A stretch of 64,000 bases of DNA from Octopus sinensis (Eukaryota), in contig NC_043004.1 of the NCBI RefSeq assembly GCF_006345805.1, forward strand, positions 11,594,001 to 11,658,000, given 5' to 3'. Of this stretch, positions 12,587 through 25,734 are shown piece after piece (the first letter of the stretch is position 1; the number at the start of each line of letters is the position of its first letter). A program made the translations under genes and the position numbers. The notes under the pieces are model-generated. The model saw nothing but the letters and a program-made list of their open reading frames with translations, was not told the DNA's origin and did no database searches.

Positions 12587-13890
12587 TACGGATTGGGGAA
12601 AGAGGACGGACGGTTTTGAAAAATTCACAGAATCAGTGATTTTAGATGCAAAAAAATTATATTCCCATCACTATGTTTGTATTGAATTAGCATTTGGCAA
12701 AATCAAGAGGAAAACTTCATCCATCTTGTGGTGTAAGTTTTCATTGAGCATTTCAAGGTGTTCTTGGAACTTGGCTTCCACTCTCTCCAGCGTTTCTATG
12801 TCGATTTGGGCGACTTCCATGCAAATAGCTTCCTTCAAATCGTCCAATGTACGGGTCTTATGCGCGTACACACGTCCTTGAGGTTTCCCCATAAGAAATA
12901 ATCAGACATGGACAAATCAGGGGACCGAGAGGATCAAAGAATGTCAGCAAATCTGAAATTGAGGCGGTCACCAAAGAGAGGACGAAGAACGTCCATTGGT
13001 GCTCTGACTGTATGGGCCATCGCCGCATCCTGCTGCAATCACACGCATCGAATAGACAGGCATACGTTTCGTCGTAATTCAGGCACAAAGAAGTCGTTTA
13101 TGATCTCGATGTAACGCTAGGCGTTCACAGTAACATTTCCATTACTGTATTCAAAAAAGTAAGACAAAATAATGGCAGTTGTTTCAACCGCACACCTGAC
13201 CGTCACTTTTGGGCAGTGCAGTGGTCTTTCATGCAGTTTTCTCAGATTTTCAAGAGCCCAATAACAACAGTTCTGTTGATTTAACATGCCTTTAAGATGA
13301 AAATGTACATCATCACTCATTAACATCTGCCTCAAAAATTGTTTCCATTTAACGTGACCAGTTAAGCCGCTGTGCAGAGTGTCATGGCTTCAATTGTTAT
13401 CCAAGGACCAATTAGTATGGGAGGGAAGGCAGATCTTCAGGCAAAATACGACTTACTGATCGATTACCGATGCTAAGTTCAGTGGAATCCCTCTGAGCAG
13501 AACGTTTCGGACTCCGTATCAAAGCTTGTCTAACGCGTTACACATTCTCCGGGATCCGTATCGTTCGTGGTGCGCCCACCAGTCTCCTATTCACTAGTGT
13601 AATTAGTGTACCTCGGGTACGAAGTGCATTAACCCAACGAAAGATTGTGTTACGGGTGGTAACAGCCTGATTTCGGTGAATGCTGAAGTGGCGCCGAAAA
13701 TCGCACTAACCTGTTGTGACAGACTCGTTGTTCTTCACGTAACTGTCTTAGGCAAACACTCGATGCTCCATCGTCCACAACGCCATGGTTTCACCTGAAA
13801 AGGAAACAATGTATGGCAAGACACTACGGACTGAATGGGGCTGAGTAATAGGCATTTCAAAAACGTCTGCCCTCTCTGCCCTACCCTATA
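12587..13890 (-). mobile_element. Full-length decayed Tc1/mariner transposon, DD41D (rosa-type) transposase pseudogene
   Basis: Imperfect TIRs (TACGGATTGGGGAAAGAGGACGGACGGTTTTGAAA vs reverse complement TATAGGGTAGGGCAGAGAGGGCAGACGTTTTGAAA). Minus-strand translation from the ATG at ~13786: MALWTMEHRVFA..., SDDVHFHLKG, LQQDAAMAHT ... SPDLSMSD with exactly 41 residues between the second and third Asp, then VYAHKTRTLDDLKEAI. Confidence 0.85.
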
Positions 13891-13984
13891 TATATATATA
13901 TATATATATTATGTGTGTGTGTGTGTGTGTGTATGTATATATATATGTATGTATGTATATGTATATATATATATATGTGTGTGT

Positions 13985-14020
<36 letters not shown>

Positions 14021-15094
14021 GTGTGTACAAATCTGTTAACCTTTTAACGAAAGAGTTTTAAAAGTGACTTCGGAGGTTCAAGTTACGAGCTATCATCAGT
14101 GGGATCACAGAAAAACATTCGTATTCTTTCTTGCTTTCCCTTTCTTTCGGGCGAGTAATTTTCGATTTGGGGAGATTTTTCTTTAAAATCAGATCACATT
14201 TTCTTTTGTATTTAAACTTTACTGCATAATTTTCTTTCGCTAATGATACACTTCTATCACGTTACTGCATTTACGAACGCCGTACGTTTACGATTTCACT
14301 CATTGAACATATTGATAAAAATTTTATTAGCCAATTGCTTTGTGATATTTCGTAATACACTTCAACACAAGTAAGGATTTGAGCATCTCGTATCTCCAAG
14401 CATCTAAGTATATCTAATATGGCAGGCACGAAGCAAAAGATGCAATTTCCGCCTTAACTGTCCATATGCGTTCGCTTTTTGCCTCGATCTTTGACTTTCT
14501 ATTTGTAACAAAGGTTCTAGCAATTTCCAAAAATAAGAGATTTCGATTTTGCCTTTTCCAGATTTCAATATCCGGATCGTTTCAGATTATAAAGATACAC
14601 AGTGGTTTTTATTATAACCTTTCGTATATATTACATAAGTTTTTCTGTGTTCTGTATAAATTTGATAGCGTTATTGTTAAACGAATGTCTATTTATCTGT
14701 GCTAGCATTCTTATGAACACGAAATTTATCTCCTTTTGATGTATCATCTTACTTGATACCAAAATTTCGTAAGAAAATCACGATAATATGAAATAGAAAT
14801 AAACGTTATTTATTAAAAGATCAATCGGGTGTTTTACAGATATATATACATATACACATATGTATGTAAATATATATATGTATATATACAAGTATATATG
14901 TATACATATGTGAGTGTATATATTTATATAAATGTGTGTATACATATATATATATATGTGTGTGTATGTGTATATGTATATATATATATGTATATGTATA
15001 TACATATGTATATATTATATGCGTGTGTGTGTGTATATATATGATATATATCAATATGTGTTTATATTATGTATGTATATGGTATATGTGTATA

Positions 15095-15133
<39 letters not shown>

Positions 15134-15599
15134 TATATATTATATAATATATATATATATTGTGTAGTTTTACTTATTTTTGTCATACATATCATTGTTT
15201 CGTTTCTTCTAAAATCTGTCATTAAGTTCTGCTCTTTATTTCGTGTTTTCTTTTCGTTTTTTTTTTTTTTCGGAGAGGGGGCGGGGGAGATGGTAGGATA
15301 GATTTTTAGAGATACCAATGCCAAATTAAGGAAATATAGACTCATGCCATGTTTTCTAATAGCTGAATTGTCTTTGCTCTTATCTAATTTTAATAATAAT
15401 AGTTTGATATCTGGCACAACTTGAAACATGAAAAGTTGCAAATAATTCTTTCAAGTAAGAGAAGCAAATTTATTCTCTGCTAACTCGCTTATCTTCATGA
15501 ATAACTATAGCCTTTAAGCATTCTACACTTCTACAACACTGCAACACTGGTACTATACATTTTAAATGCACAGCATATGAGTATATATATATATATATA

Positions 15600-15638
<39 letters not shown>

Positions 15639-16261
15639 TTATAAATAGATTTATATATATATGTTTGTGTGTATATATATTTATGTATATATGTATATAT
15701 ATATATATGTATATATATATGTATGTACATATATATATGTGTGTGCATGTGTGTGTATGTGTGTGTGTGCGAAAACCAACGTAAGTTGTGCGCCTTTACA
15801 CAGATAAGGGACAAAGGCATTCATAAGTGGAGGCATAAATTCTTTATAAATAATTGATTTCTAATACTTGACAACAAATTTCTAAAGGAAGATAGATTCA
15901 ATGAAATGCTTCTCATTGCATCGCTGCTACCTATCACACAGATCGTGGGGCAATGCTCAACAAATTCAGACATAACATGGTATTAATACAGAATGTATGG
16001 AACCTGACTAAATAGTAAAGCTGACTTAATCGTCTATAATTCCTTTATAATATACGTTAAGGTTTTGGTATGTTCTTAACAACAGCCAGTTATAAAACTG
16101 TATGCATGTGTGTGGGTATGCATGTATTTACATATGTTTATATATATAACTATGCATTTTGGGATATTATATATATATATGTGTGTGTGGTGTGTGTGTG
16201 TGTGTCTTTGTCTGTATGTATGTATTACGTAGTATATATATATATATATATATATATAGAT

Positions 16262-16301
<40 letters not shown>

Positions 16302-16326
16302 ATAATATATAATATATATATATCTA

Positions 16327-16354
<28 letters not shown>

Positions 16355-16359
<5 letters not shown>

Positions 16360-16490
16360 CGCATGATTCTGAGTCCAGTGCCACTGCATGGCACCTCGGC
16401 CAAAGTTTTCTAATATCCTCGGATCGACCAAAGCCTTGTGAGCGGATTTGTATACGGAAACTGAAAGAAGCCCGTCGTGTAACTCTCTCT
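16355..16490 (+). mobile_element. SINE family B fragment
   Basis: GAGTCCAGTGCCACTGCATGGCACCTCGGCC ... GACCAAAGCCTTGTGAGCGGATTTG ... GGAAACTGAAAGAAGCCCGTCG. Confidence 0.8.
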
Positions 16491-17401
16491 ATAAATATAC
16501 ATATATATATACAAATTGAGATAGGGGTTGTAAATGCAACTCCATGGGATAACATATCCAATATACTGCTAGTGAAGTACCCAACAAAGTTAATACATAA
16601 ATGTTAAGGATTGCGATGCAATCAATTCATTTACTGTATTATATGGGCAGAGGTAAAATGATTTACCACAAATTACTAATACAAGATAAGAAAATGGAGA
16701 AATACATCTAAATCAAATATCAATTACCAGATAATACTCAATCACATACTTTATTAAACCACCACATAAGAGACTGTAGGGTTAAACATAAAAAAGCAGA
16801 ACAAATCAGTGTACATAAAGGAATGTACATAAAAAAGTGTACATAAAAGAGTAATGCTGTATAATAAGTAGAATATATATAAAAGAGAATATAAATATAA
16901 GTAAATATAAATATAAGTATAGATTACATCTTACAGCTGTTTCGGCCATGTAGATAAGTATGTCTTATTTTACCAATATTAGCCTTTTATGGTAGGTCAA
17001 TATATAGATATAAATGAGGCATTTACAAAAATATCATAAGGCCTCTTTGGAGATTATGTGATATAAATCAGTCCACATATATACCCATATGGGTGTGGGT
17101 ACATACCCATAATACAACATATACATATGAGTGCATATACTCACATTCCTATACATATAAAAATATACATATACATAATGATGTAAATAAATAATATAAA
17201 TTAGTAAACATATATATGTTCCACATTCAATGTTTCTGTTTTTCAACTTAATATTGTGATAATAAACATACACATATTAGTACCTAGATGCAAATATACA
17301 TAGTCAATAGTACATTATATTACTTCCTACTAATTTCTAAAGTGTCATTAAAGTTAGCATCATTATCGTTGTCAATACCATTAATGCTACCATTATTATC
17401 A

Positions 17402-17541
17402 TTCATAATATTATTAATAGCGCTTACATTAGGATCCAAAGTGGCACATATATATGTCCGGGGAAAATTACTAACTTCAACCCGGACATACATATGTGCC
17501 ACTTTGGATCCTAATGTAAGTGTTATTAATAATATTATGAA
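17402..17541. repeat. Long near-perfect inverted repeat (61-bp arms, 18-nt loop)
   Basis: Arm 17402-17462 vs reverse complement of 17481-17541: 58/61 identical by eye. Confidence 0.9.
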
Positions 17542-17679
17542 GTGTTTTGCTCAGGAACATTGTTGACATTCATTTCAGCGTTTGAGACACTGTGAACACA
17601 ATATGACTAGCAAAATATAAAAGTCTTTTAAAATAATTGCTTTCTAATAACTTCAGTAAATAGAACCTACAATAATATA

Positions 17680-18199
17680 CTGTAAATCTTCGAGTATAAT
17701 CTGCATTTTTCCCAAACTTTAAAGGTCAAAATCCCTAGTGCGTATTATATACGAGGCTAAAAATGAAAAATATTTTCTAAGCAATGTCCGAGTCTCTATT
17801 TGCTGTCCGGCAATGTTTATTGAGACGCATTTTGTGATGTCGGGCGCGAAAATACCTTAAGCTAAGCCTGAAAGCAATGAAGTCATAAAAGAATCATCCA
17901 TAACTTGCAGTAAGCAACATTTATTAAAATAAAAGTATTCAGAACACAGAATAACATGTAACAAAAACAATTTTCAAATATATTTATATTCTCATATAAC
18001 AGTTAAGAACATCACCATTATTGTATTACGCATGCGCGGAAGTGTTTATTCGACTAGGTGCTGCAGGCTTAAATACGCACGATTCAAGTTAGAGAAGGGG
18101 TGCGTATTATACACAAGGTTTAGATTTTTCAGAGGTACAACCCCCTAAAAATCCCCTGCGTATTATACTCAAGGGCGGACTATACTCGAGGATTTACGG
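17680..18199. mobile_element. pogo/Tc2-like MITE
   Basis: TA target duplications; TIRs CTGTAAATCTTCGAGTATAATCTGC vs reverse complement CCGTAAATCCTCGAGTATAGTCCGC; internal repeats of TGCGTATTATA; no ORF. Confidence 0.8.
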
Positions 18200-18519
18200 T
18201 ACATTTTGTTATATTGATGTTAACCGCAGAATGTATATTATACAGTAATTACGTTCCAACCACCAACACCACCCCGCGAAGGACAAACATTCATTGTACT
18301 GTATATTTTTCTTATTATTTTTATAATTTATATTTATTTATTTTATTATAAATGCAAAACAACACCACGAAGGATTCGACTCAAGCTTAAGTAATAAACT
18401 GCGATAGGGGAGCCGTAAAATAACGAGAGATTACTGTAACGGTATAAGTTATGGATAAGAAATAATCAAGTGAGGCTCAGCCAAAGAAATAAAAAATGTG
18501 AATATGAAATAAATTGCAT

Positions 18520-18720
18520 TAATATTGGCCCGCAGATTGGTTGATGCGGGGGGCGGCTACTCCATTACATCGACCCTAGTGTTCAATTGGCACTTATTTT
18601 ATCGACCCTGAAGGAATGAAAAAGACGACCTCAGCAAAATTTGAACTCAGAGCGTAAAGACGGACAAAATGGTACTGTCTTACTCGTTATACTGTCGATT
18701 CTGCTATCACGTCACCTTTA
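18520..18720 (-). mobile_element. SINE family A, short-tail form, diverged
   Basis: CTTATTTTATCGACCCTGAAGGAATGAAA ... AATTTGAACTCAGAGCGTAAAGACGG on + (reverse complement of family A). Confidence 0.75.
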
Positions 18721-19991
18721 AATTGCATTAATATTCATGTATCATATGGTTTATATATTTAATTTAAATCAAATGCAGCGTATTTACTACACGCACGTCC
18801 CTCTTGATTGCAAACTTACAAACATGTACGTACATAAATACTTGCGTAAATGCATCTATGTATATATATATATGTGCGCGTGGCGTTTTAGAAAATGACA
18901 ATTTTAAGGAAAAATGAATATTCAAAGAAGTTATTCTTATACATAATAAAAGTTACAGAAGTGCTTCATTTCAGTTTTTGAAGAATATCATTTTATTTAT
19001 ATTAGAACATTTACTATACAATTCCATGTCTAAAAGTACAGAAAAATATATGGATTCTGTTATCTAAGAATATTACAAAATTGTTTGAGTACATTTGAGT
19101 AAACCAGCTTCAGCCAATACTTACATATAATTTTTTATGTCATATATAATTTGTTTTTTTATTCAGAAAACCATGGTGCTACAACTATGCACAAAACTTC
19201 GAGTTGAACTCTATAGTATTAAAACGGTTTTATGTTCAAACTGACCAGACCATGTCTCTAGTACTACCATACCATATAATTCTAAAAATAAACTATCACA
19301 TCATTGAAATCCTAAAGTTTCAAGATAATTTATAGATTCAAAACAGTATGAATAAACAAGCATTACATTCGTTAGAGAAATGTGAATAATAAATGGTTGA
19401 CACGTGTCCAAAAGACCATATACCTTCTTTGAAATACCTTGCAAAGATTGACAGTTGTAGAAATATTGTCGCTGGAAAGTAAACTGATCCTAATCTTCTC
19501 TGTTGAAACATCTCCCTGGAGATCGAGGTTTGGAAGAAAAGAGGAAGGCAATAAATGTAACAAACGCAACCGCACATGAAGCATTAAATAACTGCTCGTT
19601 CGACAGCGTGGAAACGATCCTTAAAACGTAAACCAAAGCAGGAAATACTTGCCAAGATCCAGCACGCATGGGTGGCTTCCAGGGATTACATACAGCGATC
19701 AGATACACGACATCTTCTCGGCGAAGGCAGCGGCACACACAGTTGACTTGAGACTACAAGAATCCAGACTTGCATGCTTAGCAATGCAAATAGCAATCCA
19801 ACCATAGAAGCCATCTCTATGACGCCGGAGCAGATAACCATTCAAATCCACGCATAACATTATATTTCAACAAAGCAAGGAATTTCAAAATGAAATGAGC
19901 TCTAATTGAAGTAGAACAGTGTTTTTTGCATATTAACAACGCACATACATACACAAACACTATGTATATATATATATATATATTATAATAC

Positions 19992-20025
<34 letters not shown>

Positions 20026-20034
20026 ATAATATAT

Positions 20035-20078
<44 letters not shown>

Positions 20079-20087
20079 ATATATTTC

Positions 20088-20180
20088 CTTATTAGCCACA
20101 GGGGGCTTCACATAGAGGGGACAAAGAAGGACAGGCAAAGGAATTAAGTTGTGCTAACGATTCTGTCAGCTCGCCGCCCT
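20088..20180 (-). mobile_element. Internally deleted SINE family A (head joined to tail)
   Basis: Reverse complement GGCGGCGAGCTGACAGAATCGTTAGCAC joined directly to AACTTAATTCCTTTGCCTGTCC; the central part of the element is missing. Confidence 0.65.
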
Positions 20181-20186
20181 ATATAG

Positions 20187-20236
<50 letters not shown>

Positions 20237-20355
20237 CATACATACATAATATATATATGTATATATATATGCTATAGGTGTATATATATATATATATGTA
20301 TGTATGTATATATATATATATATACATGTATGTATATATGTATGTATGTGTGCAC

Positions 20356-20394
<39 letters not shown>

Positions 20395-20397
20395 CAC

Positions 20398-20835
20398 ACG
20401 AGTGGCTGTAAGGTAAGGAGCTTGCTTCCCACCCACATGGTTTCGGTTTCAGTCCCACCGCGTGGAACGTTGGGCAAGTGTCTTCCATCATAGCCTTCAG
20501 CTGACCAATGCCGTCTGAGTGCATTTGGAAGACGGAGACTGAAAGATCGTCGTATACATATACACAGTCACACACACATACATACACAAACACCCACACA
20601 CATATATATGTATATGTCTATGTGTGTGTGTGTCTGTGTCTGTGTTTGTCCCCCCATCACCACCTAACAATCGGTGTTTGTGTGCTTACGTACTAGTAAG
20701 TTAGCAGTTCGGAAAATAGGGAAAGATAGAATAACTATTAGGCTTAAGAAATAAGTCCTGGAGTCGATTTGTTAGACTAAAACCCTTCAAAGCTGTGCTG
20801 CAACATGGTCACAGTCATATAACTGAAACAAGTAA
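20398..20835 (+). mobile_element. SINE family B, full length
   Basis: GAGTGGCTGTAAGGTAAG head, TCAGTCCCACCGCG, TTGGGCAAGTGTCTTC (CORE-like), internal CA/TA/TG tract, tail CGACTAAA-type ... ACTGAAACAAGTAAAAGA. Confidence 0.85.
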
Positions 20836-20842
20836 AAGAATA

Positions 20843-21042
20843 CGTTTAAATTTCGGCACAATACCCGGAGTTTTAGAGCGGGAGGGATTAAGTCAATGAC
20901 ATCAACTCCGATGCTGGACTGGCACTTAATTTATCGACTCTGAAAGGAATAACGCCGAAGTTGAATTTGAACTCAGAACGTAAAATAGACGAAATGCCGC
21001 TAAGCATTTTACCCGACGCGCTAACGATTCAGCCGCCTCGCC
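20843..21042 (-). mobile_element. SINE family A, short-tail form
   Basis: TTTATCGACTCTGAAAGG ... AATTTGAACTCAGAACGTAAAATAGACGAAATGCCGCTAAGCATTT ... GCCGCCT on +. Confidence 0.75.
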
Positions 21043-21046
21043 TTAA

Positions 21047-21271
21047 CCCTTTCAGCCCGACTGGTACACATTTGTACCAGTCAAAAATTTTACAACCTAT
21101 GTGATGCAGTATAGTAGCGCTCCGGTTTTTCTGGTAAGCATGTTGCACCAGACGTATGATCAAAGTATATGGCGCTATAATGACAGCTCAATAGGGATCG
21201 CATGCGTACAAACCCCACGCCGTTACCGACTTGAGAAAAAATTCTTGAGAAAAAATTCCAGGTTGAAAGGG
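21047..21271. mobile_element. piggyBac-type MITE
   Basis: TTAA on both sides (21043-21046, 21272-21275); TIR CCCTTTCAGCC vs reverse complement CCCTTTCAACC. Confidence 0.8.
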
Positions 21272-21760
21272 TTAAAGATATATATCAGGTTGATTAAAAA
21301 GTAAGCAACGTTTTGAAATATGAAATTCATCCCAATATATTTCAACAATGCAGACATTTTATTCATCAAAGTAAGTTCCATTACAATCAAGACATTTTTG
21401 CCAACGAGTTACTAGTTTGTTTATTCTGGTAACTTAAAAATCTGGAGTGCTTTACGTTCTTTTTTGAAGATGAATAGCAAAATTGCTCGAGTATCGCGCT
21501 TTGACAGTTCCATTTCAGTTGATTGTAACAACGGTAAAAACAAAATATCAATGTTAATTTATTGATGCATTTAGGCAAATCTATGTCTGTGTTATCAGCC
21601 AATTGGAAAAACAAATGTTCAAAAAAATTCTAACTCTGTAAAAGTCCATTCACAAATAATTCATGATTCAAAACGTTCACTACATCTACTGAACCTGTTA
21701 TTATATATCTAAATATATATATCTATATATATATATATATATATTATATAATATCTATAT

Positions 21761-21793
<33 letters not shown>

Positions 21794-21803
21794 TATATAC
21801 TAT

Positions 21804-21860
<57 letters not shown>

Positions 21861-21869
21861 AATATATAG

Positions 21870-22050
21870 ATAGGGAGAATTCACGAAAAAAACAAAAGTC
21901 GAAGACAGGTGTGTAAACAACAAATAGACGTATTAGTTTAACGCTCGGGAATTGAAAAAAGTCTTTTACGTTTCGAGCCTACGCTCTTCCACAGAAAGGA
22001 ACACAGAAAAAACAAGGATAGAGAAAACTGTGTCTAGTGCTACCGATCTA
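21870..22050 (-). mobile_element. Penelope-like terminal repeat with hammerhead-like core (CTGT variant)
   Basis: Minus strand CCTTT-CTGTGGA-AGAGC-GTAG-GCTC-GAAACGTA-AAAG. Confidence 0.7.
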
Positions 22051-22479
22051 TCATAATATATAATATTATATATATGTATATATATTATATATATGAAACA
22101 TCGGCTTTGCAGAGATATACTGGTAGAAAAAATGTGGTTATTAGCTTACACAACTACTGTGTACATCCTCGTACATACACACAACCACACGGACAGCAAC
22201 AACAATAACAAAATCAATGCAATAATAGAAGAACAGTTTAGTAATTAGTATTAATTCTAATGAGTACATTTCACATCAAAAATATTAATTATACGTTTTG
22301 CGTTAGACATATAATATTCTCGTAAAACCAGATCGTGTTCTCATTAGTTAGAGCATATACGAATATAGGCATGTTAGGAATAAATAAAATGCCACGCACC
22401 GCCTCTTTAAGTTTGTCTGTGTTTCTCGAAAGGTAGGTTTCTATCAGTCTATCTCTCTTCCTTCCATTTTTCTTTCTTT

Positions 22480-22865
22480 CTGATACTTTTACTTGCTTCA
22501 GTCATTGGACTGCAGCCATGCTGAGGCGCTGCCTTGCTACGCTTTAGTCGACCAAATTAACGCCAGAAGTGGCTGTATGGTTAGTAGTCCTGGTTTCAGT
22601 CCCACATGGTTCAGGGTTCAGTCCCACTGCGTGGCAAGTTGGACAAGTGTCTTCTACTGTAGCATCGAGCCGACCAAAGGTTTGTGAGTGGATTTGATAG
22701 AAGAAAACTGAAAGAAGCCCGTCGTATATATGTGTATGTGTGTTTGTGTGTATGTTTGTGTGTAAGTGTTTGTCCCCCCCCCCACCATCGCTTGACAACC
22801 GAGACTGGTGTAATCACCTCCCAGTGACCGATAGAATAAATACTGAAACAAGTAAAAGAATAAAG
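22480..22865. mobile_element. SINE family B: inverted tail fragment (-) abutting an internally deleted copy (+)
   Basis: 22480-22560 is the reverse complement of the B tail; 22568-22865 is a + copy lacking the CGACTAAAGGCGGTGCTCC segment. Confidence 0.75.
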
Positions 22866-22989
22866 AAAAGAAAGTAGTGACTTAGTCATTTCTGTTATAT
22901 TAAACCGCCATATTACGGAACTGTATCTAGCACCAGTTTTCAACGGGTGTGACACGAATGCAACGACGCACACATACATACATACATAC

Positions 22990-23100
22990 ATGTGAGTGTT
23001 TTTGTGTATGTGGTTGTGTATACATATAGATAGAAAGATAGCAAGATAAATAGATAGATATAGAAAGATAGATAACAATACACAGAGACGGGTAGATAGT

Positions 23101-23132
<32 letters not shown>

Positions 23133-23181
23133 GATAGACAGAACAGACAGACAGACAGACAGACAGACCGACAGAACGGAC

Positions 23182-23228
<47 letters not shown>

Positions 23229-23351
23229 CACAGACAGACAGACAGACAGACAGGACAGACAGACGGAGACAGGGATAGATAGATAGATAGATAGATAGAT
23301 AGAAGATAGAGAGATAGATAGACAGACAGACAGCCAGACAGACAGACAGAC

Positions 23352-23414
<63 letters not shown>

Positions 23415-23531
23415 CAGACGACAGACAGACAGACGATAGATAGATAGATAGAAATAGATAGATAGATAGAAGATAGATAGATAGATAGATCAGATAGAAG
23501 ACAGATAGATAGACAGACAGACAAGACAGAC

Positions 23532-23578
<47 letters not shown>

Positions 23579-23637
23579 AGATAGAAGACAGACAGCCAGA
23601 CAGACAGACAGTTGATAATAGATAGATAGATAGATAG

Positions 23638-23679
<42 letters not shown>

Positions 23680-23680
23680 C
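22990..23680. repeat. Long compound (GATA)n/(GACA)n microsatellite
   Basis: Direct reading; source of the spurious IYLS-repeat ORFs. Confidence 0.95.
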
Positions 23681-24002
23681 AGTGAAAGAAACACACAGAC
23701 AGACAGGGAGAGAGAGACACAGAGAGAATTGTAAAAAGAGGGGAAAAGTAGAAAAGTATAAGAAGAAAGAAGAAAGAAAGAAGAAAGAATGAATGAATGA
23801 AATGAAGAGAGAAATAAAGGTGCAGATGTCGGTTTGAGGTGAAGTCCTTCGTTTTGCGATCAAATTCTTCGTATTCCGTTTTACAATGTGAGGTTTTGGA
23901 CAAATGATTCCTTCTATAGTCCCGGGCCCACTTATGATTTGCAAGTATAATTCGTTGACAGAAACTGTGCAGAAACCGGTCGTGTATACACATGTATACA
24001 TC

Positions 24003-24128
24003 GTGGCACTCCGTCGGTTACAACGTGTGTGTGAATTGCTCAGCCACTTGCACGTTAATTTCACGAGCAGGCTGTTCCGTTGATCGGATCAACTGGAACC
24101 CTCGTCGTCGTAACCGACGGAGTGCCAC
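24003..24128. repeat. 126-bp unit bounded by a perfect 19-bp inverted repeat with an internal hairpin
   Basis: GTGGCACTCCGTCGGTTAC (24003-24021) vs GTAACCGACGGAGTGCCAC (24110-24128); internal GTTGATC-G-GATCAAC. Confidence 0.85.
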
Positions 24129-24189
24129 CGATATATACATACATATATATATATATATTAGTGTCTGTTTTCATGTCATGAAATAATTC

Positions 24190-24355
24190 TTTCTACAAAA
24201 GGCTGAAGGGCATCGACCCTAATTCTCAAATCGTAATTTCATTGACGTCGAGGGATGAAGCGAAAAATCGACCTCGGTCGAATTTCAACACCGAACATAG
24301 ACCAAATACCGCAAAGGATTTTATACGGCATGCAAACGATCCTACTCACCGCTTG
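24190..24355 (-). mobile_element. SINE family A, short-tail form, strongly diverged
   Basis: GCGAAAAATCGACCTCGGTCGAATTTCAAC ... AAATACCGCAAAGGATTTT on +. Confidence 0.6.
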
Positions 24356-24389
24356 TGTCAAATTATAAAAAAAAACAATTTATCATTAA

Positions 24390-24786
24390 CCCATTGCCTG
24401 CCATGAGCCCCATCTGGGAATCTGCTCAAAACAGTTGCATTGCCGGTTGTCCGTTGTATTTGCGGAGGTGTGTTTAACAATAGTAGTTAAAGTTTGTCAT
24501 TATTAGCTCTGGCTAATTCTAGAGGACATTTTATCTCATAAATCGCAATTTTTGAACTACAAAAATATTGACTGATTTGGAAAGGTTTTTTTTTTCTTTT
24601 TGCATTTTCTATCTATATCATTCATTGATATTTCATAGACATTCGCACTTGATACTATAGTCTCATAAACATGTTTATTATTGCAATGGAATAGAAAAGG
24701 ATAATTTTTTTTTCAGCGATCTCCATTTGGGACTTTTCGAAAAGTTATCTAATTTCCAAATAATTTACATAAGAAGAAAATTGAAA

Positions 24787-24824
<38 letters not shown>

Positions 24825-24830
24825 TATATA

Positions 24831-24863
<33 letters not shown>

Positions 24864-24922
24864 TGTATGTATGTTGTATGTATATATTGTATGTATGTAT
24901 GTATATGTATGTATGATGTATG

Positions 24923-24953
<31 letters not shown>

Positions 24954-25026
24954 GTACTGTTGTAGCTCCTAAAACATTTGACAAAATCAAAAACTATAAA
25001 TAAGAAAATTAAGCAGTTTTAATGGG
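24390..25026. mobile_element. Possible piggyBac-type MITE interrupted by a TA/TATG microsatellite
   Basis: TTAA-CCCATT at 24386-24395 and AATGGG-TTAA at 25021-25030; only a short TIR match. Confidence 0.45.
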
Positions 25027-25734
25027 TTAAACTGAAATATTACTCAGTAAGTTTTGCAGAACTTGTATTTATCATTCATTTACAAGAAGGCTGATGGCGA
25101 CTTCAATGTTTCGCCTTGTTAATCTTCGTCGGATACAACGGATTTCTGTAGATTTTCAGTTTAACTGCTTCCATTCAGGATCGAAATTTAGGAATTATGC
25201 CAAAAGTGCCGCACTGTGCCATGAAACATCTCACTGCATGCATATGAATTAAACGCCTTAACCACAGAGCCAGTTATATAAAAATATAGTGGTGATGTTC
25301 AATTGATATTAATTGTTAGGTGTGGCTAGTCACATATATCAATGTTTATCTAGCTATACTTTGCCAAAACTAATTCCTACATACTCCTTTAAATATCTGA
25401 AGCATTTCGTTATAAGCGGAGGGTAGAGGGTGATTTATCTCTATAGGCACACACATATATGTACATACACAGAACCACAATAATAAACGTTCGCTCATAC
25501 ATACACAACATCGTATACATCATATATGTAGGTATGTATCTGTGTGTGTGTCTGTTTGTGTGTATATATATATATATATATATTCATATATATATATATA
25601 TCTATATATATATTATATATATCTATATATATATATAATATATACATAATATATCAATATATGCATATATACATATATATATATGTACATACCTACATAT
25701 ATATGTATATATACATGCATATATGGGTACAGGA

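Noticed and set aside
19490-19740. Possible RTE C-terminal relic (NVTNA...SVETILK)
   Set aside because: The similarity is too weak to support without a profile search.
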